A stretch of DNA of 64,000 nucleotides from Desulfosudaceae bacterium (lineage in GTDB: Bacteria; Desulfobacterota; Desulfobacteria; Desulfobacterales; Desulfosudaceae). Both the position numbers and the translations under genes were made by a program. Positions 10,490 to 21,121 of the stretch are shown piece by piece (positions within the stretch are counted from its first letter, which is position 1; the number at the start of each line of letters is the position of its first letter). Under the pieces are notes generated by a model. That model worked only from the letters and a program-made list of their open reading frames with translations. It searched no databases and was not told the DNA's origin. Location: assembly GCA_963674745.2 (NCBI GenBank), contig CAXXDV010000003.1:1952001-2016000 (forward strand), given 5' to 3'.

Positions 10490-11691
10490 TTATTCGCACT
10501 TCTCGAACCCAGCCCGGGATTTACGTTCATGACTCTGTCGTTATTTAAAAGGGACTCGAGCTGCCCAAAAACAAACTCCGGTTTTATTCCAAGAAGGCAG
10601 AAGTTGGCCCCTCGCCAGCATCTTGCAGCCGTATAATATTGAGAACAGGGGCTACAAAAATCATTTCTATACAGCACCTTGACCTTTTTCACTCTAGGCG
10701 AGGTGCGCTCCGGTGAACCAGGCCCAAACAAAGCCACCACATTTACCCCAACAGCTGCAGATAAATGCAATAAAAAAGAATCGTTTACGATTGTCCCTCT
10801 TGATAATGTTAGAATTCCAGCAACTGTTGAAACCGGCTTGGATATTATGACGGATGGCTTAACCTTGCTATCGGCAACAATTCTATCTATCATGACCTCG
10901 TCTGTTTTCCCTCCAATCAATATCGGTTTCAGCCCTCCTCCTTCCCTGCTGTCAATCAGATCGCAAAGTCGGCTCCAATATTTTTCAGGCCATCGTCTTG
11001 GCGGCCACTTCGCCCCAGGGGCCAGCATAACAGCATCGATCGGCTCAATCCCCAATTCGATCAGGCATTTTCGGCCATCCTCCCGGCAGGCGGCGTCGAC
11101 CTGATAAAGTATTGATACTTCGGAAAGTCCCGGGGGTAACCAATCCTCGGATAGAGACAATGCCATTTGCGGATAGTACGCCTGCTCAGAATAAGGTTTA
11201 GACTGGTTATAAAATCCAGATATTTCAATCTTCCGGAAGCCGTCACTAAGCACCCTTGAAAATCCGACGGTCCAATTGGCCCCCAGCGCATGCACCAAAC
11301 ATGCGGATTCAAGAATGGCAGAACAGTCAAAAACGATATCGAAGTGCTCCTTTCGCAAAGCCGCTACAATACTTGATGGGGCACGGGACAAAACATAAAT
11401 ACGGTCAACCATCGTTCCCAGGCTGAAAACGGCGGCCACATGCTCGTGACAAAGGATCTCAATACTGGAGGACGGATAGGCTGTTTTGATTCCCCGTATC
11501 AGCCCCGTTGTCATCAAACCGTCCCCCATCGCATTTAGGGTAACCAATAATATCTTTGCATTTGCCAGTGTTTCGGGTTTCCGCCCTCGCGACTTTTTGA
11601 ACGGCGGCGCCAGACTTAGCCAGGGACCGGTCCGGCGCCGGCGGCGAACTCGTCTGAGAAATTCAAGCATGCATAACCTCCCGAAAAACAT
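10486..11691 (-). CDS. GT9 (ADP-heptose transferase-like) glycosyltransferase
   Basis: AMGD, PGAKWPPRRWP, NDSFLLHLSAA, LFGP and CSPC; true start may be 11670. Confidence 0.88.
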   Translation of the reverse strand: MFFGRLCMLEFLRRVRRRRRTGPWLSLAPPFKKSRGRKPETLANAKILLVTLNAMGDGLMTTGLIRGIKTAYPSSSIEILCHEHVAAVFSLGTMVDRIYVLSRAPSSIVAALRKEHFDIVFDCSAILESACLVHALGANWTVGFSRVLSDGFRKIEISGFYNQSKPYSEQAYYPQMALSLSEDWLPPGLSEVSILYQVDAACREDGRKCLIELGIEPIDAVMLAPGAKWPPRRWPEKYWSRLCDLIDSREGGGLKPILIGGKTDEVMIDRIVADSKVKPSVIISKPVSTVAGILTLSRGTIVNDSFLLHLSAAVGVNVVALFGPGSPERTSPRVKKVKVLYRNDFCSPCSQYYTAARCWRGANFCLLGIKPEFVFGQLESLLNNDRVMNVNPGLGSRSANK

Positions 11692-12796
11692 ACTCTGTAT
11701 CCGACGCGATCCGTTCCCAGCGAAAACCCTTTACCAGCTTAACAGCACCTTGTTCAAGATGTGCTTTTAATTCCGGGTCCAAAATGATCGATTTTATCGT
11801 TTTTGATAATGACGAGGGATCAAGCCTATCGCAGAAGAGCATATGCAAACCGTTTTGAAAATGAGGTATAGGTATCCTAGGTGGTGTTGTAACAATTGCC
11901 TTTCCGTGGGCTAGCGCCGCCATTAAGCTGCCGCGCCTATCACTGACACCCGATTCATAAGGCAATACCGCCACATCAGCCCTGGCATACAAGGCTGAAA
12001 CAACCTTGGCATCAACTGGTCCTGTAAATACAACCCTGTCCCCCAAATCAAAACGTCGAGCCTGAGCCTTTAGATCGTCGATTACGTTTCCAAGATCAGA
12101 AACCCCGCCGCCGACAACCAGCAACTTTATATTTATGGCTTCCTCGACGACCATTTTCTGGACAGCCTCAAGCAGTATGTGTAATCCTTTGCCATTATAG
12201 ATCATACCAAAATACATCAATACAAAATGGCTGCCCCTGACACCGTATTTATTGAATATATTAAGACTGTCGATGATTTTCGAATCCGGCATGATATTAG
12301 GACCAATGGGAACGAACCTGGTTTTCTGAAGTGCCCATGGCATCCATTTCCGGATGAGATAAAGAATTTCTGAATTTGTTGCGATTACCTTGCTTGCACT
12401 CCTGACGAGCAGATATCCTTGAAGGCGGCTGAGCATCCCGCCCCCCCACAATGAATGAAGACTCAAGGCGGAATTCGTCTTTTTTAATAGACCGGGCAGA
12501 GCCGTGCGAAAAGCAGGAGGATAAGCCGCGGGAGAATACTGGACGTTCAGCACATCAAGGCGCGCGGATTGATAAAAATTTTCTATCGACAAAGCAGTCG
12601 CCCTATCCCATAGCCCCTGTAGCCGGCAGACTTCGCAAATAAGGGAACGATCACATGGCTTATGCTCGTCACCCGCAAATGCGGTAATCCGATGTCCCTT
12701 TGTGATCAACTCCTCTGCGAGAAGGCCACTGTAATGAGATACACCACCATGCCTCAGGGCAGGTGGGAAATCCGGGCATACAAGTCCAATCTTCAA
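11663..12796 (-). CDS. GT4 glycosyltransferase
   Basis: GGVSHY, KG and RRGSLMAALAHG (variant C-terminal motif). Confidence 0.85.
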   Translation of the reverse strand: MKIGLVCPDFPPALRHGGVSHYSGLLAEELITKGHRITAFAGDEHKPCDRSLICEVCRLQGLWDRATALSIENFYQSARLDVLNVQYSPAAYPPAFRTALPGLLKKTNSALSLHSLWGGGMLSRLQGYLLVRSASKVIATNSEILYLIRKWMPWALQKTRFVPIGPNIMPDSKIIDSLNIFNKYGVRGSHFVLMYFGMIYNGKGLHILLEAVQKMVVEEAINIKLLVVGGGVSDLGNVIDDLKAQARRFDLGDRVVFTGPVDAKVVSALYARADVAVLPYESGVSDRRGSLMAALAHGKAIVTTPPRIPIPHFQNGLHMLFCDRLDPSSLSKTIKSIILDPELKAHLEQGAVKLVKGFRWERIASDTEYVFREVMHA

Positions 12797-12797
12797 T

Positions 12798-13997
12798 TTA
12801 TAATTGCCTCTCCCGTATTTTCATATCAATCACTTCTTGAAAAATTTCTTTTAACCGCGTCACATGTTTTGTCATTGAAAAATTTTGGGCCACAAAATCA
12901 GCGGCCTGTGTCCCAAATTTACGAATTTTTTCTTTTGATTTTAAAAGTTCCTCTATTTTTTCCCACATCGCACTAAAATTGCCTGATGGGATGAGATAGC
13001 CGGTCTCCCCGTTCTTTAACCACTCACTGATTCCACCCACATCAAAAGCGACTGTCGGCCTGCAACACATTGCAGCTTCAAGCCCTATGATGCCAAAAGG
13101 CTCCGGCCATAAAGAAGGGACGACCAATACCGCATTATGCCTGTATCGATCTTTAAGAGATTCACCTTCGAGGACTCCATAAAAGGCCACGCGATTTTCA
13201 AGACCCAGCTTCCTGCATTTTTCTTCCGCCTGCAGACGCAGAGGGCCATCGCCGACAACATCCAAATGCACTTCGGCCAATACACCTACCATCGATTCTA
13301 TTAATTCCAAAAGGCCCTTCCCCTCTGAGATCCTGCCGACAAACAGAATTCTATTGAAATCACCAGGCTCAAGCCATGTCTCCTTTGGCCATGTTGTGAA
13401 GTACGGAAGGATCTCGACCTTGTCCCGGGGCACCCCATTCAACACCAGCATATTTTTCATATAGGACGAGGCCACAATTGTTTTGGGCAAAAGAACAGAA
13501 GCGAATAAATTTTTTTTTGCACCATGATAGCAATACCAGGCTTTTCGGGGGGATCTTGGCATACAGAAACGAGAATGTGCTCTTATGGCGCACATCAGGG
13601 AAAGCGGATACCTGCAATCTTCCGTAGGATTTGAGAGCAATCGCTTCCCGTCCGGGCAGGTGTTTGCATGGCCATGGATATATCTGACAGTAGGAATGGT
13701 TGATGCCAAAAGAGAAACAATGCCACCGTTATCCATATTATTCAAAAAAATAACATCCGGTCTGCTATCACCAATCACAGATTGAAGTTCACTTATCATT
13801 TCACAGGTCAACTTCTTTCTCCGATCCCAAAACTCCGGAATTATATAGGCCTTTTTATAAGGCACGTTCTTCTTCCCTTCGCAGAACAAAATATCAACTT
13901 CCATATTGTCTTTTTGAAATTGTGAGCAAAGGTCGATTAAATAACGTTCTACCCCTCCTGCAAACGAAAAATATCGATTTATGCACAAAACCCTCAT
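12798..13997 (-). CDS. GT4 glycosyltransferase
   Basis: GGVERY, VGRISEGKG and EPFGIIGLEA. Confidence 0.9.
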   Translation of the reverse strand: MRVLCINRYFSFAGGVERYLIDLCSQFQKDNMEVDILFCEGKKNVPYKKAYIIPEFWDRRKKLTCEMISELQSVIGDSRPDVIFLNNMDNGGIVSLLASTIPTVRYIHGHANTCPDGKRLLSNPTEDCRYPLSLMCAIRAHSRFCMPRSPRKAWYCYHGAKKNLFASVLLPKTIVASSYMKNMLVLNGVPRDKVEILPYFTTWPKETWLEPGDFNRILFVGRISEGKGLLELIESMVGVLAEVHLDVVGDGPLRLQAEEKCRKLGLENRVAFYGVLEGESLKDRYRHNAVLVVPSLWPEPFGIIGLEAAMCCRPTVAFDVGGISEWLKNGETGYLIPSGNFSAMWEKIEELLKSKEKIRKFGTQAADFVAQNFSMTKHVTRLKEIFQEVIDMKIRERQL

Positions 13998-14009
13998 CAG
14001 AAACTTTCC

Positions 14010-14822
14010 TCAAGGCTTTTCAAAAACAATAACGATCTCACGCATAAATATATAACCGAATAAGTTTTCCATTCGATCCCAGAGCCGATTATAATAATTA
14101 CCGATAAGGCAAAACACCTTTCGATGCCGCCACGGATTTAATTTTTGCAGTTTATTATAAAAACTCCTCAAAACCCAGGCCGGCTCAAGTGGATGTAGCC
14201 AATATCGACAGCCGAAAACTTCAATTTCCTTCATTTCAAGGTTTCGTCCAAGCTGTTTTAATCCCCAATAATTGTATTCCCTTTCATAACCCCAGGGCCA
14301 TTTACCGGTCTTTATTAAATGATGTTTCATTAGCGTGTAGGCTGTATATTTTTGAGGCACATTGATGACAAGCTTGCCCCCTGATTTTAACACACGTGAT
14401 TGCTCCTTTAAAAAAATATTTTCGTCTGCTATATGTTCAAGCACGCCCTGGCTGAAAACCATGTCAAAAGATTCATCACTGAATGGCAAATGCAAACCAT
14501 CTGCATTGACAGAGAATAATTGTTTTGAAAATAATTTATTTGATCCCTTAGCGATCCGCAAAGCTTCATATGACAAATCAATTCCATAGGCAGAGCAATC
14601 TGTACATTCTGAAGTAATAAGAGCATCGATTCCGAAGCCACAACCCACCTCTAAAATTTTACATTGATGTGCCCGGATATTATCATTTTGCACGTACTTG
14701 ATAAGACAATCTAAAAAGCGTCGACGCTCATTGCGATGACCATTGGCTAACAGCGAGGCGTCAGCGAAATCTTGATTTTTATATATTTTATTGAAATCTT
14801 CTTTTTCCCCGAATGTTTTCAT
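14010..14822 (-). CDS. Class I SAM-dependent methyltransferase
   Basis: ILEVGCGFG, LPFSDESFD and GVLEH. Confidence 0.9.
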   Translation of the reverse strand: MKTFGEKEDFNKIYKNQDFADASLLANGHRNERRRFLDCLIKYVQNDNIRAHQCKILEVGCGFGIDALITSECTDCSAYGIDLSYEALRIAKGSNKLFSKQLFSVNADGLHLPFSDESFDMVFSQGVLEHIADENIFLKEQSRVLKSGGKLVINVPQKYTAYTLMKHHLIKTGKWPWGYEREYNYWGLKQLGRNLEMKEIEVFGCRYWLHPLEPAWVLRSFYNKLQKLNPWRHRKVFCLIGNYYNRLWDRMENLFGYIFMREIVIVFEKP

Positions 14823-15057
14823 AAAAACCAGTTCCTCGGCACTTTATTTACAGTGCCTTGTATAATCTTTTATAGAAAAGAACCTCATTATAAATAACCC
14901 AAAAGCGTCCACCACCAATGATGATTAGACAATAAAAAGAAAATATTTCTCTATAAATAAAAAACTAACAGCTTGAGGAGCAGACAAAAAAACATATCAT
15001 TATCAAACATCTTGATGATCCTTGTGGCGACATGGATGCCCTGCCTTGAAACATCTG

Positions 15058-15228
15058 TTCCAACAATTTGACGGCAGGATTCATATCGACACATTTTCCA
15101 AAAGAAGATAATAAACCCGCCGGTCGTGAATCAGGCTGTGAACGACAGCGAAAATATGCGTCCGTTTTTTAGTAATATTTCCATGTGGCATCATATTCTT
15201 CGGTCAGTGTTTACCGATTATCTTTCAT
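15058..15228 (-). pseudogene. Possible decayed 5' fragment of a methyltransferase-like gene
   Basis: ATG 4 nt after the upstream stop; the frame reads MKDNR*TLTEEYDATWKYY*KTDAYF...VKLLE with two in-frame TAA. Confidence 0.3.
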
Positions 15229-15232
15229 CGGA

Positions 15233-16078
15233 TTAGCTCAGCATCTTTTTTATAATCTTTCTCATCGGAAACAAAAGATAGCGTATCGGTTTCGGCAGGT
15301 TGGCCTTGTGAATTTCCCATGCATCCGAAAGTAAAAAAAGCCATCTTTGTCGTCTGGTTAAATGCATCTTCAGCATTTTGTGAAACCGCCGGGACTTTCC
15401 CGGAAGTATTGCATACAGGCTTCCATTTAGCTTTAATCTCTTGAATTTTGTTTTATCCCTTTTTAATCCGCACTCAATCCGTTTTATGGTATTGAAAAAA
15501 ATAAACACATCATGAAAAATAATCGCACTCTGCCCCTGCGTCACTTTAAAACAAAATAAGAAATCAGACAAAACAGCCCGATGTGTATGTTCCCCGTCAA
15601 TAAAACAAACATCGGGCCGGTGTTCAATCCTATGCGGCAATATATCCCTTGCATCCGAATCAAAACAGACTATCTTTCGGGTTCCTTCCGGATCGATGCC
15701 TCGCAGGTTTGCAAGCATTCTTTCCGTTGAATTGCCTTCATAAGTTGCTATATATCCAGGCCTCCGATCATCGGGCTGCTGTGAAGGCCTTTTATCAATT
15801 GAATAAATTCTTCGACATCTGTTGTCCAGTAAATATGGCTGAATGCTGCCACCCAGATGGGAACCTATTTCGAGATAAACATATCCGTCATCCATCGCAT
15901 TCCGAACCACATTCTGCACGGCCAGCAGGGATTTTCTTTCCTCAGGTGTGGTCTGCGAAATGATTTTATCAAAAAGGGAAATATCCAGCGCGTTGAGCTT
16001 CATATCAACCGTATGGGGAGACTCCATATAATATCGGCGCTCCTTATTTTTATTGCTGGTGGTAACCCGCCGACACAT
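15233..16078 (-). CDS. Class I SAM-dependent methyltransferase (Methyltransf_24-like)
   Basis: YLEIGSHLGGS, FIDGEH and IIFHD; start may be further downstream (MESPH). Confidence 0.85.
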   Translation of the reverse strand: MCRRVTTSNKNKERRYYMESPHTVDMKLNALDISLFDKIISQTTPEERKSLLAVQNVVRNAMDDGYVYLEIGSHLGGSIQPYLLDNRCRRIYSIDKRPSQQPDDRRPGYIATYEGNSTERMLANLRGIDPEGTRKIVCFDSDARDILPHRIEHRPDVCFIDGEHTHRAVLSDFLFCFKVTQGQSAIIFHDVFIFFNTIKRIECGLKRDKTKFKRLKLNGSLYAILPGKSRRFHKMLKMHLTRRQRWLFLLSDAWEIHKANLPKPIRYLLFPMRKIIKKMLS

Positions 16079-17417
16079 CGTTGAATATATCCGCCAAACG
16101 TCCAGTCAGGCGCTTTCTGTCATAGCGACGGATAAAAGAGATATCCGGCTCATACTCTTTCACATTTTTCTTCAGCACCAATTTACAGACATTTCGACTG
16201 ATCTGATCAATATCCGTCTGGGATGTAATAAGACCGAGCCTGCTTTGCGTCATGATATCATGTGCATCACCTTGTGGTACCATTGCCAGAACAGGCCGAC
16301 AGGATCGAATATATTCAAATGTTTTTCCCGGAACACAATTGATCACCGGGCTGTCAAGCGGTTTAAAATGGGTCAGAATCAGCGCATCTGCGCTCATCAT
16401 ATACCCCACGGCATCATCATGGGAGACATATCCTGTGCAATGGACGATGTCGTTGATACCCCTTTTGATTGCCGCCTCTTCAGTATATGCCTTACGCGCC
16501 CCCACAAACAGGATTTCCATGCGATCATAGATATCCGGACGTTTTTTTCTCACGACGGCCACGGCATCAAAAAACCTGTCGGGCGCTTCCGTGCTTCTGT
16601 CCATGGGGTTTTTCGTATAATGTAACGCTGTCAACAGTGATTTTATACTGATTGGCGGAGCGTAAATTTTTTTATGCCTGCTGGAAGCGCCGATATTATA
16701 ACTGCCGCAATAAACAAACCTGAATTTCCTGCCAGGCGGTTTCGGTTCTATATTCCGAAAATCATTTTCATCATACCCGTTAGGGATATAAACTATTTTA
16801 TCGGCAAATCGCGGATACCGCCTCTTCATCTCATTTTCAACCACTGTATCCTGCATGATGCTTCTGGCGGAATACCTGATAATACGCCTTTCATAATGTT
16901 TGGCGATGGCAAAGTGCAATCTGGTCGGATAATCAAAAAAACGGATCGAAGAAATGGTATCCCTGAAATCCGCTACCAATGGGACTCCACTTTGACGGGA
17001 CAATCGGATACCCGCGATTCCAGTGCTGACCGGAAGTATGGTGGAGAAAATAACCTGATAGGATTTTTTGGCCAGTTGTCTTTGCCCCTCGGATAAGGCG
17101 GCTTTGCCCCAGGGGCTGAATAGATCTGGAAAAACAAAAACATATGTTCGAAGCAGGGAATAAATCCGGCCGGGTTTTTCCATGATATGATTTAGAAGGG
17201 AGGGAGGAAACGGAACGTGGACGACTTTTACTGGCTGAACATGATCGTCCAACAAGGTATTATCATAAATTTCATGCTTTTTATATCCAGGCCGGACCGT
17301 CACCACCGTTGGGTCCCACCCAAACTCCGGCAGATATTTTACAAATTTTAGGCTTCGGTGAACCCCCGCACCACCAAACGGAGGAAAATCAAATGCCAGA
17401 AACAAAACGTTTTTCAT
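16050..17417 (-). CDS. GT4-like glycosyltransferase
   Basis: FPPFGGAGVHRSLKFVKYL, DFRD, IPNGYD and PGKTFEY. Confidence 0.88.
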   Translation of the reverse strand: MKNVLFLAFDFPPFGGAGVHRSLKFVKYLPEFGWDPTVVTVRPGYKKHEIYDNTLLDDHVQPVKVVHVPFPPSLLNHIMEKPGRIYSLLRTYVFVFPDLFSPWGKAALSEGQRQLAKKSYQVIFSTILPVSTGIAGIRLSRQSGVPLVADFRDTISSIRFFDYPTRLHFAIAKHYERRIIRYSARSIMQDTVVENEMKRRYPRFADKIVYIPNGYDENDFRNIEPKPPGRKFRFVYCGSYNIGASSRHKKIYAPPISIKSLLTALHYTKNPMDRSTEAPDRFFDAVAVVRKKRPDIYDRMEILFVGARKAYTEEAAIKRGINDIVHCTGYVSHDDAVGYMMSADALILTHFKPLDSPVINCVPGKTFEYIRSCRPVLAMVPQGDAHDIMTQSRLGLITSQTDIDQISRNVCKLVLKKNVKEYEPDISFIRRYDRKRLTGRLADIFNDVSAGYHQQ

Positions 17418-17512
17418 CTAAACCATTCCTTGGAAACCATCCTTGAGCTAAATTCGAGGGCAACCAGGCCATGCCTATTAAAAAGCATAAAACCGGTATA
17501 ACAAATCGAAAT

Positions 17513-18295
17513 TCAACTTTTCCGGCAAACCAGGACAATTCTTTTTGCATTATGTTTTTTCGCATGGAAACAATACTTCATGTAAATTCCATATATCAGA
17601 TTCATCAGGTGCCGCTCATTTAAAATAAAAAATCGATTAATCATGCATTTTTCCAGAAAGTTCGAGGCGAGCCAGGATATTTTATTAATATAATAACATC
17701 TTTCAATTGAAAAAAGGCCGCTGAGCGTTTTTTCAAGCAAATTAAAATCAAAATGTTGGTAGTGTTTTGCCTGAACCTTGGTATTGGTGCTGGGGACCGT
17801 CAGCACCAATATTCCCTTACTTGTTAAATGACGATGAACGGCTCCTAGAAAACGATCGATGGAAGATGGCGATATATGCTCCAGCGTTTCAATCATAGTT
17901 ATAATATCAAATGGTTCCTCAAAAGTTCCTTCTTCGGTTATATCCGCACGTACAAAATCGATTTCCGGGTTCATCGACCGTGCAAGTCCAATGGCACGCC
18001 TGGAAAAATCAAGACCGACCACATGCCTGTCCGGAAAAATCGCATGCAATTCCCCGGTGAAGCGACCGTCCCCGCATCCAACATCCAGCAGCGTTGTAAA
18101 CGGTATCTGGCGGATAATATCCAGCACAAAAGTAACATAGGAAATATATTCATATCCCCAGAAAAGCGTCACGGTCTGGGAAAATCGAAAACGCGTCAGC
18201 TTGGGAATGTAATGATAGGGAAAGGCGTACAAATCGTCCTGGCGTTCCTGAACCGGACTTAATGCGTCACTATCTCTTTTTTTCGACCGTGTCAT
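17513..18295 (-). CDS. Class I SAM-dependent methyltransferase
   Basis: LLDVGCGDG and ETLEHI. Confidence 0.9.
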   Translation of the reverse strand: MTRSKKRDSDALSPVQERQDDLYAFPYHYIPKLTRFRFSQTVTLFWGYEYISYVTFVLDIIRQIPFTTLLDVGCGDGRFTGELHAIFPDRHVVGLDFSRRAIGLARSMNPEIDFVRADITEEGTFEEPFDIITMIETLEHISPSSIDRFLGAVHRHLTSKGILVLTVPSTNTKVQAKHYQHFDFNLLEKTLSGLFSIERCYYINKISWLASNFLEKCMINRFFILNERHLMNLIYGIYMKYCFHAKKHNAKRIVLVCRKS

Positions 18296-19635
18296 GGGCC
18301 TAGTTTCTCCGGGGTGGTAACAGCGTCTAAAATTTCAGCCAGTTTTTCAACCTGACATCTCCGGTTGTATGCATCCTCCGCATTAGGACGAAGGGTTGGT
18401 GTTACCCGCCCAGTTTCTTTAAATTCCGAATACTTTTGTTCCAGCCAGTTTGCCACCTCCGATGGAGATTGGAGTACAACCCCGCCGTCCGTATTGGTCA
18501 ACAATTGGATGATACTGCCGGAGTATACTCCCCCCGGGGTGGATAATATCGGTCTTTTTGAAGCCAGATATTCATATGTTTTTGCCGGACAGCACCCTTC
18601 CATATTCAGCGGAAATGATAGCAGGATATGGGAACTCCGCATCTGCCGAATCGCATTCTCCTGGGAAACAGGCGGATTGAAAGTAAAAAAGGGCTTGATT
18701 TGTCCGAACCGATTATATTCTTTTTCGATTCGTTTGTGTCCTGTGCTGTCACCCGTAAACACCACCCTGCAGTCCTCCGGTGTCAGGTGACATCTGGTGA
18801 CAAAACGATGAAAACCTTTCAAAAAGGGACCTGTATTTGTATGATTATGCAATGTCCCCACAAAGGAAAGTAAAAAAAAATCATCCGGAGGAAAATATCC
18901 GCAGCTGTTCGAAAACATTTCCGGATCAAACCCATTGGGAATAACATAAACCTGCCGTTTCAGTATTTTTTCCAAGCCCTTTCCCAACGGCTCCGAAATA
19001 TGGATGACGGCGGAAGCGTTGGCAATGATCATTTTTTCATAAATACGGTTGATGAGATACCAGAGCATGTATTCTTTGGTAATACCCCATGATTTTTTCT
19101 GACTCCATGGATCACGGTAATCGGCTACCCATGGAATCCTTTTTCGTTTACTCAGCGCGGCAGCAACCCTGAAATCCGTCCAGGGCCCGCCGGTGCTTAG
19201 AATCAGATCAATATCATGTCTTGCCGAGATGTCCAGCGCCGTGTCGAGAGCGGCCGGATACCAGCCGACCTGCTCATCTGGAATAAAACATAAATTTATT
19301 AATATAAAATTAATTATTCTGCGCAAATAAACCGCCTTTTTTGACGGAGTATGCCTCCCGGCCAGATTATCGCGCAAGGCAAGAATACGCCCAAACTTCT
19401 GGTGATAGGGGACCCGGTACACCGGGCAATTTAAGACTTCATCCATTGAGCAGGCAGTCGCACCGGAGCCGGCAGTTGACAGCCTCTCGTGCGGCGCATC
19501 CCAATGCCGGGTTAATATGATCGGATCCCAACCGAAGTGCGGCAAATACTTGGCCCATGCATGCATCCTGAAACTTCCGGCCGTCACTTTCGGCAGGTAA
19601 TTATATGCAATTAAAAGAACTTTCTTATTCATCAA
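18292..19635 (-). CDS. GT4-like glycosyltransferase (same subfamily as 16050-17417)
   Basis: DYRDPW, IPNGFD and PAKTYEY. Confidence 0.88.
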   Translation of the reverse strand: MMNKKVLLIAYNYLPKVTAGSFRMHAWAKYLPHFGWDPIILTRHWDAPHERLSTAGSGATACSMDEVLNCPVYRVPYHQKFGRILALRDNLAGRHTPSKKAVYLRRIINFILINLCFIPDEQVGWYPAALDTALDISARHDIDLILSTGGPWTDFRVAAALSKRKRIPWVADYRDPWSQKKSWGITKEYMLWYLINRIYEKMIIANASAVIHISEPLGKGLEKILKRQVYVIPNGFDPEMFSNSCGYFPPDDFFLLSFVGTLHNHTNTGPFLKGFHRFVTRCHLTPEDCRVVFTGDSTGHKRIEKEYNRFGQIKPFFTFNPPVSQENAIRQMRSSHILLSFPLNMEGCCPAKTYEYLASKRPILSTPGGVYSGSIIQLLTNTDGGVVLQSPSEVANWLEQKYSEFKETGRVTPTLRPNAEDAYNRRCQVEKLAEILDAVTTPEKLGP

Positions 19636-19659
19636 CGCCCAAATTTATTACATTTATAA

Positions 19660-21120
19660 TTAGACCTGCCTTTTCAACAACACAGCAAGGCTTTGTTTCA
19701 GCATATAACCGGTATTATGGGAAAAAAGTTTATCAGACAACAGGGTCGCCGACAAATAAATAATCAGCAGCGCTCCCCCGGTGACCAAAAGTTGCATCGC
19801 CCCATGAAGCGGCAGCATTATCTGTATCCACGACGCAGCCTGCAGGCTCAGGCCCATATTTATTAGTGCCAATACAATAATTTTAATTAATTTCAGCATA
19901 TCAAAATCGATAATTCTGCTGGATACCACGACATAGACTAAAAACATCACAATATTACTTGCCAGCACGGAAACCGGGACGCCATTAATGTCCCAGACAA
20001 GGGAACATGGCACAATAACGGCCGCCAGAACGACTAAACCGATACTCTGGCATTTTGTATTGATCCCCGGCTTTCCGGCTGCATTAAAAACCGGAACCAG
20101 AGTTGCGCTCATCGCCCTGACCAAGCCCGACCAAGCCAATATTTGCATCATGGGGACAATCGAAACCCATTTCGGCCCAAGTACAACCTTTGTCAAATCA
20201 TCGGCCAGCATGAAGATACTTCCTGTCATAATGACCGAAGTAACCGTGATGATATGCATGACCTTGAGGTAAATGTCACCAAATTCCGTTTTATCTTTTT
20301 GAATTTTTGAATATGCCGGAAATGTAACATATCCGATGACCCTGGCAATTTCAGTTGTGGGCAGATTCGACACCATAAAGGCCATCTGATATAATCCGAG
20401 AGCCGTAGCACCAAACATTTTCCCGAGAAAAATATCATCACCCTGAGTAATCAGAAAAAAAAGGACCCCGGACCCGAGTATCCATTTGCCATAGCGAAAC
20501 ATCTCAACAAACTTTTCTGTATCAAACTGTAATTTTGGACGGTAAGAATTCAGAAGATAAGACATAACCAACCGGACCAAGCTTCCGGCGATACCTCCTA
20601 ACACAAGCGCCCACACACTTTTTAACATCAGTGCCGCAGGAACGGCCACAACGAGATTACCGAGGGTGGTGGAAAATTCATAGATATACTGGAGCTTAAA
20701 ATTCATTCTTTTTTGAAAGTATATCACTCCGATGTTCCTGCATCCGGTAATCAAAACCGAAAAACCGAAAACTTTTATGACGCTATCCGCTTGGGGAACA
20801 TTAAAAAATTTCGAAGTATAAGGAGCAAAAACATACAATAGCAGAAAAATAATCACGGCACGTACGACAGATACGGTCCATGCCGTATCCAGATATTTTT
20901 CAATGTTCTCTTTTTTCTGGATTAACGACATTCCGATGCCAGGCTGGGAAAACACTTCAATGGTCGCGATGGTGAGCGCGGCAATACCCATCAGACCGAA
21001 ATCCTCCGGCGCAAGAAGACGCGCAAGGACAACGGTCCTTACAAATCCAAGCAGACGGTTCGAAATACGTAAAAAAAGAATCCAGAAAGTGCCTTTTACA
21101 ATTTTATCCGATACGGACAT
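19660..21120 (-). CDS. wzx: Wzx (WzxC-like) polysaccharide flippase
   Basis: LARLLAPEDFGL and many TM helices; start moved to the ATG at 21120 (MSVSDK), immediately after the upstream stop. Confidence 0.9.
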   Translation of the reverse strand: MSVSDKIVKGTFWILFLRISNRLLGFVRTVVLARLLAPEDFGLMGIAALTIATIEVFSQPGIGMSLIQKKENIEKYLDTAWTVSVVRAVIIFLLLYVFAPYTSKFFNVPQADSVIKVFGFSVLITGCRNIGVIYFQKRMNFKLQYIYEFSTTLGNLVVAVPAALMLKSVWALVLGGIAGSLVRLVMSYLLNSYRPKLQFDTEKFVEMFRYGKWILGSGVLFFLITQGDDIFLGKMFGATALGLYQMAFMVSNLPTTEIARVIGYVTFPAYSKIQKDKTEFGDIYLKVMHIITVTSVIMTGSIFMLADDLTKVVLGPKWVSIVPMMQILAWSGLVRAMSATLVPVFNAAGKPGINTKCQSIGLVVLAAVIVPCSLVWDINGVPVSVLASNIVMFLVYVVVSSRIIDFDMLKLIKIIVLALINMGLSLQAASWIQIMLPLHGAMQLLVTGGALLIIYLSATLLSDKLFSHNTGYMLKQSLAVLLKRQV

Positions 21121-21121
21121 T

